From the IMG/VR virus record IMGVR_UViG_3300040751_002893, positions 25,684-89,683 of that record: a stretch of 64,000 nt of DNA, one strand, 5' to 3'. The number at the start of each line of letters is the position of its first letter. Positions within the stretch are counted from its first letter, which is position 1. A program made the position numbers and the translations under genes. The notes under the pieces are model-generated. The model saw only the letters and a list, made by a program, of their open reading frames with translations, was not told the origin of the DNA and did not search any database. This document shows positions 1-10,775 of the stretch, in pieces. This stretch comes from a virus.

Positions 1-779
1 TGACCAGATGTAAGGTCTCCATGCAACAAGTACACAGAACACTTTCTATCTTTGTATTCTCCGAGCATTTGCTTCATTCGCTTTTGAAGATGCTCCCAAT
101 CCATAACAGAGTTGGATGCAATATTGGTCTTGATAACAAGTCCAACCTCTTGATCGATAAACTCTTCAACAAACCACTTCAACATATTATCGAAGTTCTT
201 GCGAGGAGAGATTTGAGATACAGCAAGGAAGTTGAAATCATGCTTAAGTTCCAAGCCTTTGATCTCTTCAGGTTCGTGACGCTCTGTATTTTCCCATACA
301 ACATCAACAGGAACATTAATTTTATAAGGAACTTTCTCTCCAGTCTGTTGATTGATTGCTTCCGCTACTGTATCGACAAGCGATGTCTTTGCATGGTTAG
401 AAACAACCAATACTTTATCCATTTCATTACACTTTGGTAACCACTGAGGAGAACACTTGTGCGTCTCAATACCAGCAGTATAACCAATGTTGATTGGAGC
501 AATCTTTTGGAATTCATTTGGAATTGTTATTTGTAAAGACATGTCAACTTGAAGTTGCTTTCGTTGAATAAGAACTTGAGTTAATGTGATTCTCTCATCC
601 ATCCATGTTCTAAACTCCGACTGTTCCCATACCCAGCCGGTCTTTCCCCAAGCAATGGGGAGAATATAAATATCAAACTCATCTTCTTGAGATTTCAATG
701 CTCTCAAAGCAAAGCGAGCCTGTTCGCCATATCCTGATTGTGAAAGGACAGGGCCTCTTACTAAAATTTTCTTTTTCAT
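1..779 (-). CDS. Glycosyltransferase (GT4-like), truncated at the window edge
   Basis: Not in the ORF track. Manual translation from ATG at 779: MKKKILVRGPVLSQSGYGEQARF...FLAVSQISPRKNF, open to position 1. Adjacent to a GT4 gene. Confidence 0.75.
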   Translation of the reverse strand, partial: MKKKILVRGPVLSQSGYGEQARFALRALKSQEDEFDIYILPIAWGKTGWVWEQSEFRTWMDERITLTQVLIQRKQLQVDMSLQITIPNEFQKIAPINIGYTAGIETHKCSPQWLPKCNEMDKVLVVSNHAKTSLVDTVAEAINQQTGEKVPYKINVPVDVVWENTERHEPEEIKGLELKHDFNFLAVSQISPRKNFDNMLKWFVEEFIDQEVGLVIKTNIASNSVMDWEHLQKRMKQMLGEYKDRKCSVYLLHGDLTSG

Positions 780-2044
780 TACGCTACCTCCACAAATCGA
801 ACGCCATTGTAATTCTTTCTATTTTCCCATGAGCCTTCTTCTTCATGAATCTTATCCATAAAGTCAACCCACGTATTATTGAAAGTTTCGAAGTTATAAT
901 TCGTTTCAACATGCTTGCGGCCAGCCATACCCATCTTACGTCTTTCAACGGCTCCCATGTCGTAAATCTTCGACAATGCGGAAAGAAAATGGTCTTTGTT
1001 GAGACGGTCTTCGTAAATATAAGGAACATCTTGGGACCCGATGATAGACTTTGAGGAGGGGAGGAGGGGGACTCCAAACATTTCTGCTCCGGAGATAACC
1101 TGTTCTTGTAGACCGCCCGTCATGTTAACAATAATTGGGGTTCCGCAAGAGAGGGATTCAAGTGTTGCAAGACCAAAGCCTTCAGCATCTGAAATATTAA
1201 TAGTACAGTCAGCCATGTTATACATAGCAGCTAAATGTTCCGGGGGGAGCTTCTTGGTTGAAAGGAGTACTTGTCTATCATCAAGTCCCAGATGTTCGAT
1301 AATGTGTGTGAGATCTTGACCGTGAGGGTCTTTGGGGTCTGTGTGCATAAGGAGTTGTGCTTTGTCGTGGAGTCCACGTTTATCAAGCCACTCTTTAAAC
1401 CAGAATATCAAAGTACCAGATTGCTTTCTTCGGGCGTTTCTATTATTCCAGAAGAAAATAACCTTGTCTCGGTCAGACTCAGGTAAACTGTCTTTTCGTA
1501 TATTCTCAATCTGTTCTGGAGTGTAAGGCTTGAACACCTTCTCATTGACAGCATGAGGAATATATTTTCGTCTTACTTCAGGTGCTGCTTGTCTTACAAT
1601 ATCATCTGTTAGTTTTGAGATAGTTGCAACAGCATCGTTAGAAATATAGAATTTTCGGTTGAACATTGGCACAGGATAGTTATCCCATACATGATAATAA
1701 ACCATAGGCATGAGAGGGCGAATCTCATTTTCAATTTGCCATAACCAACCCCAGAAACGTGGATCAGTCATAAACCAGAGAATATCTGGTCTTTCGGTTC
1801 GGATAACGGAACGAATCATTTCTTGTGTTCCATATCCATCGACAGGAATAATTTTCCAGTCTTCTCCATAAGGTTCAACTTTCTTAGGAGAATAGTCGTT
1901 GTGTTTGATTGCGCCTCCTAGGGAGACGATAGAATAGCGACCGGTGTTGAGAAGAGCTTCGCACATATATTTTGTTTGAGTCCCAACACCGGACGGGGAC
2001 AGGGGATGGTCCGATAGTGTTAATACTTTAATTTTCTTTGTCAA
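779..2044 (-). CDS. GT4 (GT-B) glycosyltransferase
   Basis: SGVGTQ N-terminus, RNARRKQ and EGFGLATLESLSCGTPII (EX7E motif). Confidence 0.9.
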   Translation of the reverse strand: MTKKIKVLTLSDHPLSPSGVGTQTKYMCEALLNTGRYSIVSLGGAIKHNDYSPKKVEPYGEDWKIIPVDGYGTQEMIRSVIRTERPDILWFMTDPRFWGWLWQIENEIRPLMPMVYYHVWDNYPVPMFNRKFYISNDAVATISKLTDDIVRQAAPEVRRKYIPHAVNEKVFKPYTPEQIENIRKDSLPESDRDKVIFFWNNRNARRKQSGTLIFWFKEWLDKRGLHDKAQLLMHTDPKDPHGQDLTHIIEHLGLDDRQVLLSTKKLPPEHLAAMYNMADCTINISDAEGFGLATLESLSCGTPIIVNMTGGLQEQVISGAEMFGVPLLPSSKSIIGSQDVPYIYEDRLNKDHFLSALSKIYDMGAVERRKMGMAGRKHVETNYNFETFNNTWVDFMDKIHEEEGSWENRKNYNGVRFVEVA

Positions 2045-2072
2045 GGTATACCTCTTTGTATGTTATATTATT

Positions 2073-2101
2073 AGTATAACATGTCTATCGGATGTTGTCA
2101 A
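2073..2101 (-). promoter_or_regulatory. sigma70-type promoter
   Basis: TTGACA-N17-TATACT with extended TG, upstream of the GT genes. Confidence 0.75.
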
Positions 2102-2130
2102 GAAAAAAGTTAAACTTTTTTTATTTTTTT

Positions 2131-3654
2131 TTATTGTTGCTCGTACCAGTTGATTGAAACAGCGCCATCGATTTGTGAATTCGAAGTCTTGATGGCTATC
2201 AATAAATGATCACCAGGCCCGAAAGCAAAATTGTAGTCCAAAAGACTTTCTGATCTTCCAGACGCAGATCCGATAACCAACTCATAAAAAGGTAAACCAG
2301 ATGTGGTTATGGTCTGTGTACCTGGGTTTAGTTCGGCATAAGATACAATACTATTGTTTTCGTCGATATATTCAAAGTTAACATCCCCAGATACTTCTGC
2401 ATTTAAGAAAAAACCTATTGTTAGAGTCTTATTATTAACCTCATTTGAACCAGCGATTTTGAGTGGGTCAAATTCTCCGAAACAAGATTCTCCATTAAAA
2501 ACTCTATTCGCTTTCATCATAACAAATGGCTTATAAACTTGACTGGTATTTACATTTGTAAAGTTACGTGAATAAGCAAATTTAGGATCAAGTTTGTAAA
2601 GATCTCCTTCGACATAAGCAGCCATTGAAGCAGTTCTAAGCTCAACAGAAGTTGTGCCTCCAATATTAGCAGAGGTTGCAAGTACATTGATGTTTGGGTT
2701 TTTAAGAACGGGTGTTGTTCTTGCATTAGCATTTTTAATCTCGTGGAATTGTTGAGGGCCTCCGGTTTCCGGATTCTCTATATAAAACTTAGCATTACCA
2801 AACCCAAGATATTGAAAACCAATTTGAAACACATTTCCCATTTGTGGTTCAAATACCATTCTGCTTGGACCATTGCCATCAAGCGTATCAATATTGAAAG
2901 AGCCTGAAGGGATGAAAGTGTTGGTTTGTGCTTCACCGGCTTTTGTTTGAGAGAATGTCCCAACTATGCTATTTCCGGTAGCAGTGTATATGCCATCCAT
3001 TAAACCAGATCTTGCAGAGATAAAATAAACAGAATCTCCGATAGCATCGGCCAGCCAACCACCATTCCCAACATTAGAATAATCATATAAAGAAAGTTGA
3101 TAAGCGGTTTGAGAAGGGTCACTGGCACCGGTTACAGGTACGCTGATAGCACTGCTGTCTAGTGTAACTAAAACATCGCCTGTTCCTGCACCTGTTGTTA
3201 TTGTAAGTTTTCGAATCTCTCTTTGACCATCTTCTGAATGAAGGATTCCAAAATTATTTCCAAAGTATCCAATGAAATATCCACACTCTGATGAACCAAG
3301 TCCAATAAACTGTGCGTTTCCTGCCGATGGTGTATCAAATAAAGCAGTCGCCCTCATCATAGAGCCTTGTCCCGGCTTATATTTAAGTCCTCGTCTCAGT
3401 TGGACGACAGCAGAACCAGAAGGATCAGTTCCAGAATCAAGAACAGCCATACCATCAGATACTGTTAAAGTTCCACCAGCGAATTGTCTATCAGAGAAAA
3501 TTTGATTGTTGACGTTAAACACGAAGTCACCTTGAGCGACAGGTGTTAACTTTGCTGTTAGAATCTCACCAAATGTGCTTAATGGAGAGTCAATCGCAAC
3601 ACTCGTTGATCCATCCGCATTTGTTTTTTTCTTGCTTAAATCTGTAAAACCCAT
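2131..3654 (-). CDS. Putative virion structural protein (beta-rich)
   Basis: G/S/T-rich, 507 aa from MGFTDLS. The start overlaps the upstream stop (TAATG) and has an AGGAG RBS. Confidence 0.5.
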   Translation of the reverse strand: MGFTDLSKKKTNADGSTSVAIDSPLSTFGEILTAKLTPVAQGDFVFNVNNQIFSDRQFAGGTLTVSDGMAVLDSGTDPSGSAVVQLRRGLKYKPGQGSMMRATALFDTPSAGNAQFIGLGSSECGYFIGYFGNNFGILHSEDGQREIRKLTITTGAGTGDVLVTLDSSAISVPVTGASDPSQTAYQLSLYDYSNVGNGGWLADAIGDSVYFISARSGLMDGIYTATGNSIVGTFSQTKAGEAQTNTFIPSGSFNIDTLDGNGPSRMVFEPQMGNVFQIGFQYLGFGNAKFYIENPETGGPQQFHEIKNANARTTPVLKNPNINVLATSANIGGTTSVELRTASMAAYVEGDLYKLDPKFAYSRNFTNVNTSQVYKPFVMMKANRVFNGESCFGEFDPLKIAGSNEVNNKTLTIGFFLNAEVSGDVNFEYIDENNSIVSYAELNPGTQTITTSGLPFYELVIGSASGRSESLLDYNFAFGPGDHLLIAIKTSNSQIDGAVSINWYEQQ

Positions 3655-4067
3655 TATCCTACTCCTGCTGAACCAGACCAATTGTTTGGTAAGTGTGATG
3701 CTGCAATTCCTGTTAGTCCGGCAATAACAGAGGCAGAACATTCAAATGTAGTCGAATCACTCAATAAATAAACCTTTGTAACTTTGAATTCTGCTTCAAA
3801 GCTTTCGCTATTATTGAGTATGCCATAGTTGTTGTTTTCAGCACCGTTGATACCATTAACAGAGAACCCAAAACGCAATGGAACATTTGGCTCTGAGCTT
3901 GGTAATGTATTTGTTATAACAACAAAGCGAGACACTGAATCAAATGAAATCTCTAAAGGATCTGAACCTGTAACAGGCACATTTAGAGACGCTGTAAGAA
4001 AAGGTCTTGCGGATGTCTGAAATGATGGGACATGACCGAGACCATATGTATATTGAAAAGAAGACAC
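3654..4067 (-). CDS. Putative structural protein
   Basis: Likely GTG start at 4067 after a GAGGG RBS and a CTATTTA motif; beta-rich. Confidence 0.45.
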   Translation of the reverse strand: MSSFQYTYGLGHVPSFQTSARPFLTASLNVPVTGSDPLEISFDSVSRFVVITNTLPSSEPNVPLRFGFSVNGINGAENNNYGILNNSESFEAEFKVTKVYLLSDSTTFECSASVIAGLTGIAASHLPNNWSGSAGVG

Positions 4068-4113
4068 AAAAAAACCCTCGTAACTACTATTAAATAGAAA
4101 CGAGGGTGTTATT

Positions 4114-4872
4114 TTACTTACAATGTTCTGTTTTATAGAACTCACATCCTTGACATGATCTTCGGTCTTTAACGTGATTCTGTTTTGATATATGTATGAG
4201 AGCCGTTGTTAGTAACTTTGTTGCGTTCTCAACCTTACGAGGGCCAGATGTGACACGAAAGATCTCAACGTTGTCTTTCTTGGCTGTTCTCTTCAAGAGA
4301 GCAAAATGAGTCTCAACCAATTTAGGATCAATATCATATTTTTGACACCAGAATTTTTTATACAGAGTCAACTGATATGTGATATATTTATCAGATCGCT
4401 TTTTGGCATCCCAACCCCAAGAACATGTCTTCCAATCAATGATGTGAAATTTTCCATCAGATGTGCGAATTACAAGGTCAATAAAGCCTTTGAAGTTGTA
4501 ACCAGTGTCACTATCCTTTACTTCTTCGTAAAGCTGTTCTTCAACGGAAAATACCTCATATTCACCGAAAATTTTAGTAAGTTGAGGCATGATCTGAGGA
4601 GATATAAGTTTTGCTTGCTCTCGCATCTCTGTGATCAACTTATCTTCTTCCATTCCGATAGCTTCAAGTTCTTTCTCAAACGAAAGGTTAAAGAAATCTT
4701 CGGGATCTTCAACCTTATCATAAACGAGATTCTCACATAAAAAGTGAAGCGCTCTTCCGAACGCTGTGAATTGATTGCCTACAAATTTCTTTACACGGTC
4801 TTGGTAGGAAAGCTTTCGCTTGTATGGACATTCAGCCCACGTTTTAAGTTCAGAATAAGATATATGTTTCAT
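4114..4872 (-). CDS. PD-(D/E)XK exonuclease (RecB/Cas4-like)
   Basis: HISYS..WAECP, KGFIDLV..IIDWKT, QLTLY and C-terminal CQGCEF..C. Start at MKHISY. Confidence 0.85.
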   Translation of the reverse strand: MKHISYSELKTWAECPYKRKLSYQDRVKKFVGNQFTAFGRALHFLCENLVYDKVEDPEDFFNLSFEKELEAIGMEEDKLITEMREQAKLISPQIMPQLTKIFGEYEVFSVEEQLYEEVKDSDTGYNFKGFIDLVIRTSDGKFHIIDWKTCSWGWDAKKRSDKYITYQLTLYKKFWCQKYDIDPKLVETHFALLKRTAKKDNVEIFRVTSGPRKVENATKLLTTALIHISKQNHVKDRRSCQGCEFYKTEHCK

Positions 4873-5555
4873 TGGTCCTCCATTTTGTGTAATGATTTTA
4901 TCTTTGTAAAAAGAGCAGGGCACATTTGCGCTAACTCTTTTTTATTATCCATGCAATATTCTTCAAATCCACGAGCAAAATATTCTCGCATTGAAGTTGC
5001 TGCATAGGGCGATGGGAATAGTCCTCCAACAAAATGCCACATCGCATCATAAGTTACGTCTTGATAAAGATAGTCGTCTATCTTCTGGACAAACTCGGTT
5101 TTAAATTGTAATTCTTGTGGCGGTTCATAGTCATGATTCTTAAGATCTTGGAACAAACGCTTTCTTTTTCCTAAGAACTCTCTCTGTATTGCTCCATCAT
5201 CATAAATGTGATGGCCATAGAGTTCTTCAACAGAATGAGCAATCTCGTGAATGATATCGTCTATCATATCTTTATCATCATCTTGTTCATTTGTCAAGTA
5301 AATTGCACCATCTTGATAGATAGCGTTTGCATCTCGTTCTTCAAGGTGCTTAAACTTACCAACATAAATCATATCAACACCACGAAGCAAAGTATATGGA
5401 ACTCTCATCTTAATATATTTAAGTATAAAGTTCATATCAATATGCTCGGGCAATTGGTCTTTGATAAAAATTTCTATGTTGTGCAAGCTGTAGGTATCCT
5501 TCATTCGTTTAGATTTATTCATTGATTCATTTAACCACTTCATTGTGTTCTCCAT
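4869..5555 (-). CDS. Zincin-like metallopeptidase-family protein
   Basis: IIHEIAH (HEXXH) plus downstream REYFARGF. Confidence 0.55.
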   Translation of the reverse strand: MENTMKWLNESMNKSKRMKDTYSLHNIEIFIKDQLPEHIDMNFILKYIKMRVPYTLLRGVDMIYVGKFKHLEERDANAIYQDGAIYLTNEQDDDKDMIDDIIHEIAHSVEELYGHHIYDDGAIQREFLGKRKRLFQDLKNHDYEPPQELQFKTEFVQKIDDYLYQDVTYDAMWHFVGGLFPSPYAATSMREYFARGFEEYCMDNKKELAQMCPALFTKIKSLHKMEDQ

Positions 5556-5564
5556 TATATTATT

Positions 5565-5593
5565 ATAATAACATAGTAAGATAAAGTTGTCAA
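5565..5593 (-). promoter_or_regulatory. sigma70-type promoter
   Basis: TTGACA-N17-TATTAT. Confidence 0.6.
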
Positions 5594-5612
5594 GAAAAAA
5601 GATATAAATAGT

Positions 5613-6932
5613 TTACAGAACTTTGGATGCCAGTGTTGCGATCTTAGATCTTTCACCTTTTCTGAAAGTGATGTGTCCAGCCAAGTCAGCATGCTTGAAT
5701 TTCTCAATAGCATAAGTCAAGCCATTTGAGGTTTCGTTGGTATAGATGTTATCTATCTGCTCAATATCTCCGGTCAAGATAATCTTTGTGTTCTCACCAA
5801 CACGAGTAATAATTGTCTTGACCTCATGGGCTGTAAGGTTCTGGGCTTCATCAATAATGATAAAAGCGTTTGAAATTGAGCGACCACGAATATATGTGAT
5901 TGCCTCAACTTCGATTTGACCTTTCTCAAAATAAGACTTGATTTGATTCTTGTTTCCGAGAATGAACTCAAGGTTGTCATGAATAGGCATCAACCATGGA
6001 AGCATTTTCTCTTCCATTGTTCCAGGAAGGAAACCGATATCTTTACCCATAGGTTGGACAGGGCGAGACACAACAATCTTCTTGTATTTTCTCTCGCCAA
6101 ACCCAAGAGTTTGTTCAAGTCCAGCAGCAATAGCCATAAGAGTTTTACCAGAACCTGCACGTCCAATAAGAGATACTAGAGGTATGTCATCGTCAAATAG
6201 TAAATCATAGGCAAATGTCTGTTCTTTATTGCGAGGAGAGACTCCCCAAGACTTAGAGTAGTCTTTGACGTTGATTCGCTTCAAAGGCGTTTTATGGTCG
6301 GAGAATCTGCAAATAGCGGACTTTTTTGGGTTGCTTGATGAGATAAGAAGAAGGAACTGATTTGGATATAGCTTTTCTTTTGTCATTGTCTCATCAAGAA
6401 ACTTTTCTTCGCCACAATAAAACTGCTCAATAAACTCATCGTCAACAAGTATCTCGGCAAAACCTTCGTATACCTTGTCTTTGTCTTCGATAACAGAGTT
6501 GGTTTCATAGTCTTCTGATATAAGACCGAGAGAGTCTGCAATAACTCGCATATTGATATCACGAGAAACAACGATAACTTTACGCTTTTCATTGTCAAGA
6601 GACTCTTGAACAGCAACGGATAAGATTTGATGATCTGGGACATTGAAGTCAAGGTCTTTTGGGAGAGCAGTTGATGCTTTTGCAACTCTCAATATTCCAA
6701 GACCTTTTCCAATGCGGAGGCCCTTTGATAGAGACCCTTTCATTCGAAGGCCATCAAGGTGCTTAATGATAAGGCGAGCATTGAAACCAACAGAGTCTTG
6801 TCGCTTCTTGTGCTTATCAACCTCTTCCAATACTTTGATTGGAATAACAATATCGTTATTCTTGAAACGATACAATGCGTTTGCATCGCTTAGAAAGACG
6901 CTTGTGTCAATAACATATGTTTTTTTTGCCAT
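5613..6932 (-). CDS. phoH: PIN-PhoH family ATPase
   Basis: N-terminal PIN (VIDTSVFL), GRAGSGKT, IGFLPG, YIRGRS, IIDEAQN and TGDIEQID. Confidence 0.92.
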   Translation of the reverse strand: MAKKTYVIDTSVFLSDANALYRFKNNDIVIPIKVLEEVDKHKKRQDSVGFNARLIIKHLDGLRMKGSLSKGLRIGKGLGILRVAKASTALPKDLDFNVPDHQILSVAVQESLDNEKRKVIVVSRDINMRVIADSLGLISEDYETNSVIEDKDKVYEGFAEILVDDEFIEQFYCGEEKFLDETMTKEKLYPNQFLLLISSSNPKKSAICRFSDHKTPLKRINVKDYSKSWGVSPRNKEQTFAYDLLFDDDIPLVSLIGRAGSGKTLMAIAAGLEQTLGFGERKYKKIVVSRPVQPMGKDIGFLPGTMEEKMLPWLMPIHDNLEFILGNKNQIKSYFEKGQIEVEAITYIRGRSISNAFIIIDEAQNLTAHEVKTIITRVGENTKIILTGDIEQIDNIYTNETSNGLTYAIEKFKHADLAGHITFRKGERSKIATLASKVL

Positions 6933-9779
6933 TTATTTTCCTTTGTTTAGCATCTCACGAATGAGAGGTTTGAGTTTGGTTGCAATTTGTTCTTCAAATT
7001 TTCTGTTATATCTTACATAACCTTTTTTCTTTTTTGGTTCTTCATTGATGTATTCTTTTATACTCTTCAGTGTTTCATTATTTAGATAATCTATAATTTT
7101 ATTATACCTTCTAAGTTTATTTCCGAGATATGATGCTATTATTTTTTTTGAACCTTTATAATCTTTATATTCACTGAGATTTCCTAAAAACTGTTCGAAG
7201 TTTTTCATGCTATGAATATCGAAAGGGTCTTCTGCGTCTTTTATATCTTTTGCTCCCTCTATATTCTCAAGTGCCTTATTATTTTCTTCTGCAGTGGCTG
7301 TTTTTTGTTTTTGATTGACCATTTTTAAAGCAGCTAAATCGGCTACAAAAGGCATACCATCATTTGGCAAAGGTCCACGGCCTGGCCGTATACGGCCTAT
7401 ATTTTTATAATGTTTTCTAGTTGCTTCTTGGATCTGTTGAAAAAATCTTTCTTTTGCTTCTTCCAAATATTCTCCATCTATTAATTTGTATTCTTCTCTA
7501 GAAAGATATCTAGTATCCTCTGGATAAGGTGGGTATTCTTCACCATCTTCTTGGTCATCAAATGTTTCATAACCTTTTTCTCCGAAATTATCTGTCGAAA
7601 TATTCAGAAGATGTGGGAGAACGCCTGGTTTTTTAAGGATTGCAATAATTTGTTCTTGATTATCAGAAAATTGTCTTTTGATAACATCTTGTATATTGTC
7701 CGGAATAACAACAGCCTCATTTAGTTTTACAATCTTTTTTTCTTCCAAAGCAATCAACAATTGTATATATAGCTTCATTTCTTCAGATGTCATTTTTGCT
7801 TTTTGTTGAAGGTCGTCTAGATCATATTTTTCAACAAGGTCCGTAGCAGCTTCTTTTTCTTCAGGTTCAAGCTCTTCCTGTTTTTCAATATTGCTTTGAA
7901 TATCTCTTTTGTTTTTGCCTTTTGATATCAAAACACCTAAGAAAGACAAAACTTTATCTTTTAAAATATCCGCATATGACTTTTCTTTCTCTACTTGAGG
8001 TTGAGGTTCACCTTGAGCAGCGCGTTCATTTGGTTGAACAACGACATCATCAAATTTTGACTTAACATCAAATATGCTTTGTATTTGTCCAGAGAATTCT
8101 TTGAGAGCTTTGATAGCATTTGATGCCGTGCTTCTTCCGCCTTGCCCTTGAGATAGTTCCAATACATCACGAAGAACAGACTTAACATCTTTTATTGCTG
8201 CTCCATATTGTTCCGAATACTTCTTCATATCTTGAGAGGTTTTCTTTCCGAATGGGTTAACGCTTGGGAAGAAATGAGAAATGCTCATCAATGCATTATA
8301 AGCATCTCCGACATTTTTTTCCATATCAAAAGCTTCTTTTTCTTCGGAACCTGCTGCTATAATATTTGATAGAGCACGAGAGGCATCGTTATATCCTTTC
8401 TCAATAGCATCCCACTTCTTTTCAATCTCGGAAGTGTCTTTTGCTTCTTGAACAAGATTCAACTTTGATATATCTTGAACAAGGTCTCGGATGTTCTCTT
8501 GTAGTTGAGCCAACATTTCCATGAACTTCTTCTTGAGAGAAGAACCAATGACCTTGCCTTTGTCGCTTGCTTCATCAAATCTTTGCAATACCTCTTTTGA
8601 CCTTTTGGCAAGCTTTATAAATGACTTGAGGTCAACTTGGATATTTCTCAATGCATTTGGGCTTTGTTGTTGTTCTTGAACTTGTTCCCCTTCTTCTGGT
8701 TTAGGTTGAGGTCTTCTTTGGGCGGCTTTTTCAAGTTCTTCTTTCTCTGTTATTTTAACCAATTGGTCTAATACATTTCTAACCAACTTCCCTTGGTCTC
8801 TAAGCAAAGCCTTTTCATAGAACTCTTCAATGAATTCTTCAGAAACTCTAATCAGGTCTTGGAGGGCTTCGGGGTCAACGTCAAACTTTTCGGGGTCTTC
8901 ATTCTCCCCTGCTTCATCAGGTGTTGTTTCTTGGTCACCTGATAGTTCTTTAGCGGTTTCGGGTTCCGGAGTTGTTTCCGTAGGAGTCTGTGTTGGCTCT
9001 TCCTTTGCTTCGGGTTCTGTTTGAGGTTGGGGGGCTTCTAAGTCTAAAGCGTGTCTTATTATTTTTAACGCAGCTAATTTTTTATTTACATCATTAACGA
9101 TACCAACTAGTACCTGTTTTGTTTTATCATCAAGTGCGCCAATCGATTGCTTCAAAAGAACATCTTGTTCTTGAGGAACCAAATTTACAAAACCTTGTGT
9201 TAGTGTAGTGAAAGTATCTTCATTAACATTTTTCGGAAGGTTTTTGTTCAACTCAACGGTGAAAAGATAAAGTGCTTGTTTTTCTCTTCCGTCGAACGTT
9301 TTCATTTCATCTTTATAGGCGTTAACAAATTGTGTATACTCTTTATCATCTTGGGAGTCTTGGTCTAGTTGCCCTTCATTGTCTTCTGGATCTGTATCTG
9401 ATATTTTTTTCATAGTATTATCGACTTTTTTTTCTAGTTCTTCACCTTGTGCTTTAGTCTCAGGGCTTTGTTGCGCTAAAAGTGCTTTTATATATCCATC
9501 AACAATCTGTTTGTACATTTCTTGTTGCCGTTCCGGAAGTTGATCCAAACTACTATAAAACTTTTTTTGTTCATTGTATTTTTTTAAAAATTTCTCAGGA
9601 CCATTTTTTAGGTCACGCTCTACACCCATAAGAGCGGATGCCAAAGTTGGTTTTCCAGCAGCTTCTGTTATTTCTTCAACAATAAGATTTGCAATCACAC
9701 TATTCGGTATTGTTCTATCTTCCATAAGCTTTTTGATAAGCGGGTGCTTTGATGTTTTTAATGCAAGTTTCTTGTTCAT
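6933..9779 (-). CDS. Large acidic helical protein, possible internal virion protein
   Basis: 948 aa, E/K/Q-rich, many xxE motifs and C-terminal LKPLIREML. Confidence 0.55.
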   Translation of the reverse strand: MNKKLALKTSKHPLIKKLMEDRTIPNSVIANLIVEEITEAAGKPTLASALMGVERDLKNGPEKFLKKYNEQKKFYSSLDQLPERQQEMYKQIVDGYIKALLAQQSPETKAQGEELEKKVDNTMKKISDTDPEDNEGQLDQDSQDDKEYTQFVNAYKDEMKTFDGREKQALYLFTVELNKNLPKNVNEDTFTTLTQGFVNLVPQEQDVLLKQSIGALDDKTKQVLVGIVNDVNKKLAALKIIRHALDLEAPQPQTEPEAKEEPTQTPTETTPEPETAKELSGDQETTPDEAGENEDPEKFDVDPEALQDLIRVSEEFIEEFYEKALLRDQGKLVRNVLDQLVKITEKEELEKAAQRRPQPKPEEGEQVQEQQQSPNALRNIQVDLKSFIKLAKRSKEVLQRFDEASDKGKVIGSSLKKKFMEMLAQLQENIRDLVQDISKLNLVQEAKDTSEIEKKWDAIEKGYNDASRALSNIIAAGSEEKEAFDMEKNVGDAYNALMSISHFFPSVNPFGKKTSQDMKKYSEQYGAAIKDVKSVLRDVLELSQGQGGRSTASNAIKALKEFSGQIQSIFDVKSKFDDVVVQPNERAAQGEPQPQVEKEKSYADILKDKVLSFLGVLISKGKNKRDIQSNIEKQEELEPEEKEAATDLVEKYDLDDLQQKAKMTSEEMKLYIQLLIALEEKKIVKLNEAVVIPDNIQDVIKRQFSDNQEQIIAILKKPGVLPHLLNISTDNFGEKGYETFDDQEDGEEYPPYPEDTRYLSREEYKLIDGEYLEEAKERFFQQIQEATRKHYKNIGRIRPGRGPLPNDGMPFVADLAALKMVNQKQKTATAEENNKALENIEGAKDIKDAEDPFDIHSMKNFEQFLGNLSEYKDYKGSKKIIASYLGNKLRRYNKIIDYLNNETLKSIKEYINEEPKKKKGYVRYNRKFEEQIATKLKPLIREMLNKGK

Positions 9780-9958
9780 TATTTATTTCCCCTCACGGTA
9801 GCAATATATTGATTTATAATTGCTTGCTCTTCAGCAGAAAGTTTTTTCAATATATTGACGACTTCAGGCTCAAGTGTCTTTGAAGACATCTCTTCTTCAT
9901 TCATTCTATCAACTTCTTCTTTGATAATCTCTTTTATACGTGCTTCAGTGAGTTTCAT
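9779..9958 (-). CDS. 59-aa MKLT-motif protein
   Basis: Manual translation: MKLTEARIKEIIKEEVDRMNEEE...; GGAG RBS. Confidence 0.7.
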   Translation of the reverse strand: MKLTEARIKEIIKEEVDRMNEEEMSSKTLEPEVVNILKKLSAEEQAIINQYIATVRGNK

Positions 9959-9993
9959 TTATTGTCTCCAAACTTTTATATCATAAATAGCAA

Positions 9994-10018
9994 AATAGGT
10001 GGCTTTTTGCCACCTATT
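9994..10018 (-). terminator. Intrinsic terminator-like hairpin
   Basis: AATAGGTGGC-N5-GCCACCTATT perfect 10-bp stem right after a stop codon. Confidence 0.6.
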
Positions 10019-10024
10019 GATTTA

Positions 10025-10285
10025 TCAATTCCAAGTTTCATTATCAGATGGTGGAGTTAACCCCATCATATTATCAAGCAAACCTCTCAGTTCAGGACTT
10101 TGAGACAAGAACCATCCGGTTGTTGCCATTATTGAAAGTTCTTTCATTGTGAACCCTCGCTTCCCTGCTTCTTCGCAAACATCCATTATCTGTTGCATAA
10201 CTTCAGCCATCTTACCGGTGGGGTCTTGCTTGATCTTAGCTATGATCATATCTGTTACTTCTTTATCGAAAATACTATCTTTCAT
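10025..10285 (-). CDS. Hypothetical protein
   Basis: ORF from MKDSIF with AGGAG RBS. Confidence 0.6.
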   Translation of the reverse strand: MKDSIFDKEVTDMIIAKIKQDPTGKMAEVMQQIMDVCEEAGKRGFTMKELSIMATTGWFLSQSPELRGLLDNMMGLTPPSDNETWN

Positions 10286-10293
10286 TATTGCTC

Positions 10294-10767
10294 CTATATA
10301 AAATCTTTCCACTCATGTGGTATTTCTTTGTCTCGTAACAAAACATGAATGCTCCATTTTGGAATGGTTGGTTTTCTTATCAACGGCATTCTTGCTTCAT
10401 TTGGTGTCTTGTTTCCTTTCCTTGTGTTGCAACCTTTGCAGCATGCAACAATGTTTTCCCAAGACTTATCTCCACCACGAGACTTTGGTATTATGTGATC
10501 CATTGTTAGGTCATTATATTGAAATTTGTTTCCGCAATATTGACAGATATATTGGTCTCGCCATATAACATTTTTTCTGTTGCATGAATAACTTGTGAAG
10601 TCTTTTCGAATGTAGTCTCTCAAAACAATCACAGCAGGGAAGAAGTCATCGGAATATTTCAAGACCACGTTTGCCCTTCCTGTATAACACATGTTGAATC
10701 CTTTGAACCCATCGACAATATCAATAGGTTTCCAAGCAGCGTCAAGTTTGAGAGTATAGCGTTCCAC
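10294..10767 (-). CDS. HNH endonuclease (McrA-like)
   Basis: RDQYICQYCG..TMDHIIPKSRGG..WENIVACCKGCNTRKG. Confidence 0.9.
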   Translation of the reverse strand: MERYTLKLDAAWKPIDIVDGFKGFNMCYTGRANVVLKYSDDFFPAVIVLRDYIRKDFTSYSCNRKNVIWRDQYICQYCGNKFQYNDLTMDHIIPKSRGGDKSWENIVACCKGCNTRKGNKTPNEARMPLIRKPTIPKWSIHVLLRDKEIPHEWKDFI

Positions 10768-10775
10768 ATAAATAC

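Noticed and set aside
4114-4872. Cas4-like nuclease as evidence of CRISPR-Cas
   Set aside because: Stand-alone PD-(D/E)XK exonucleases are common in phages, and there is no cas1/cas2 or array.
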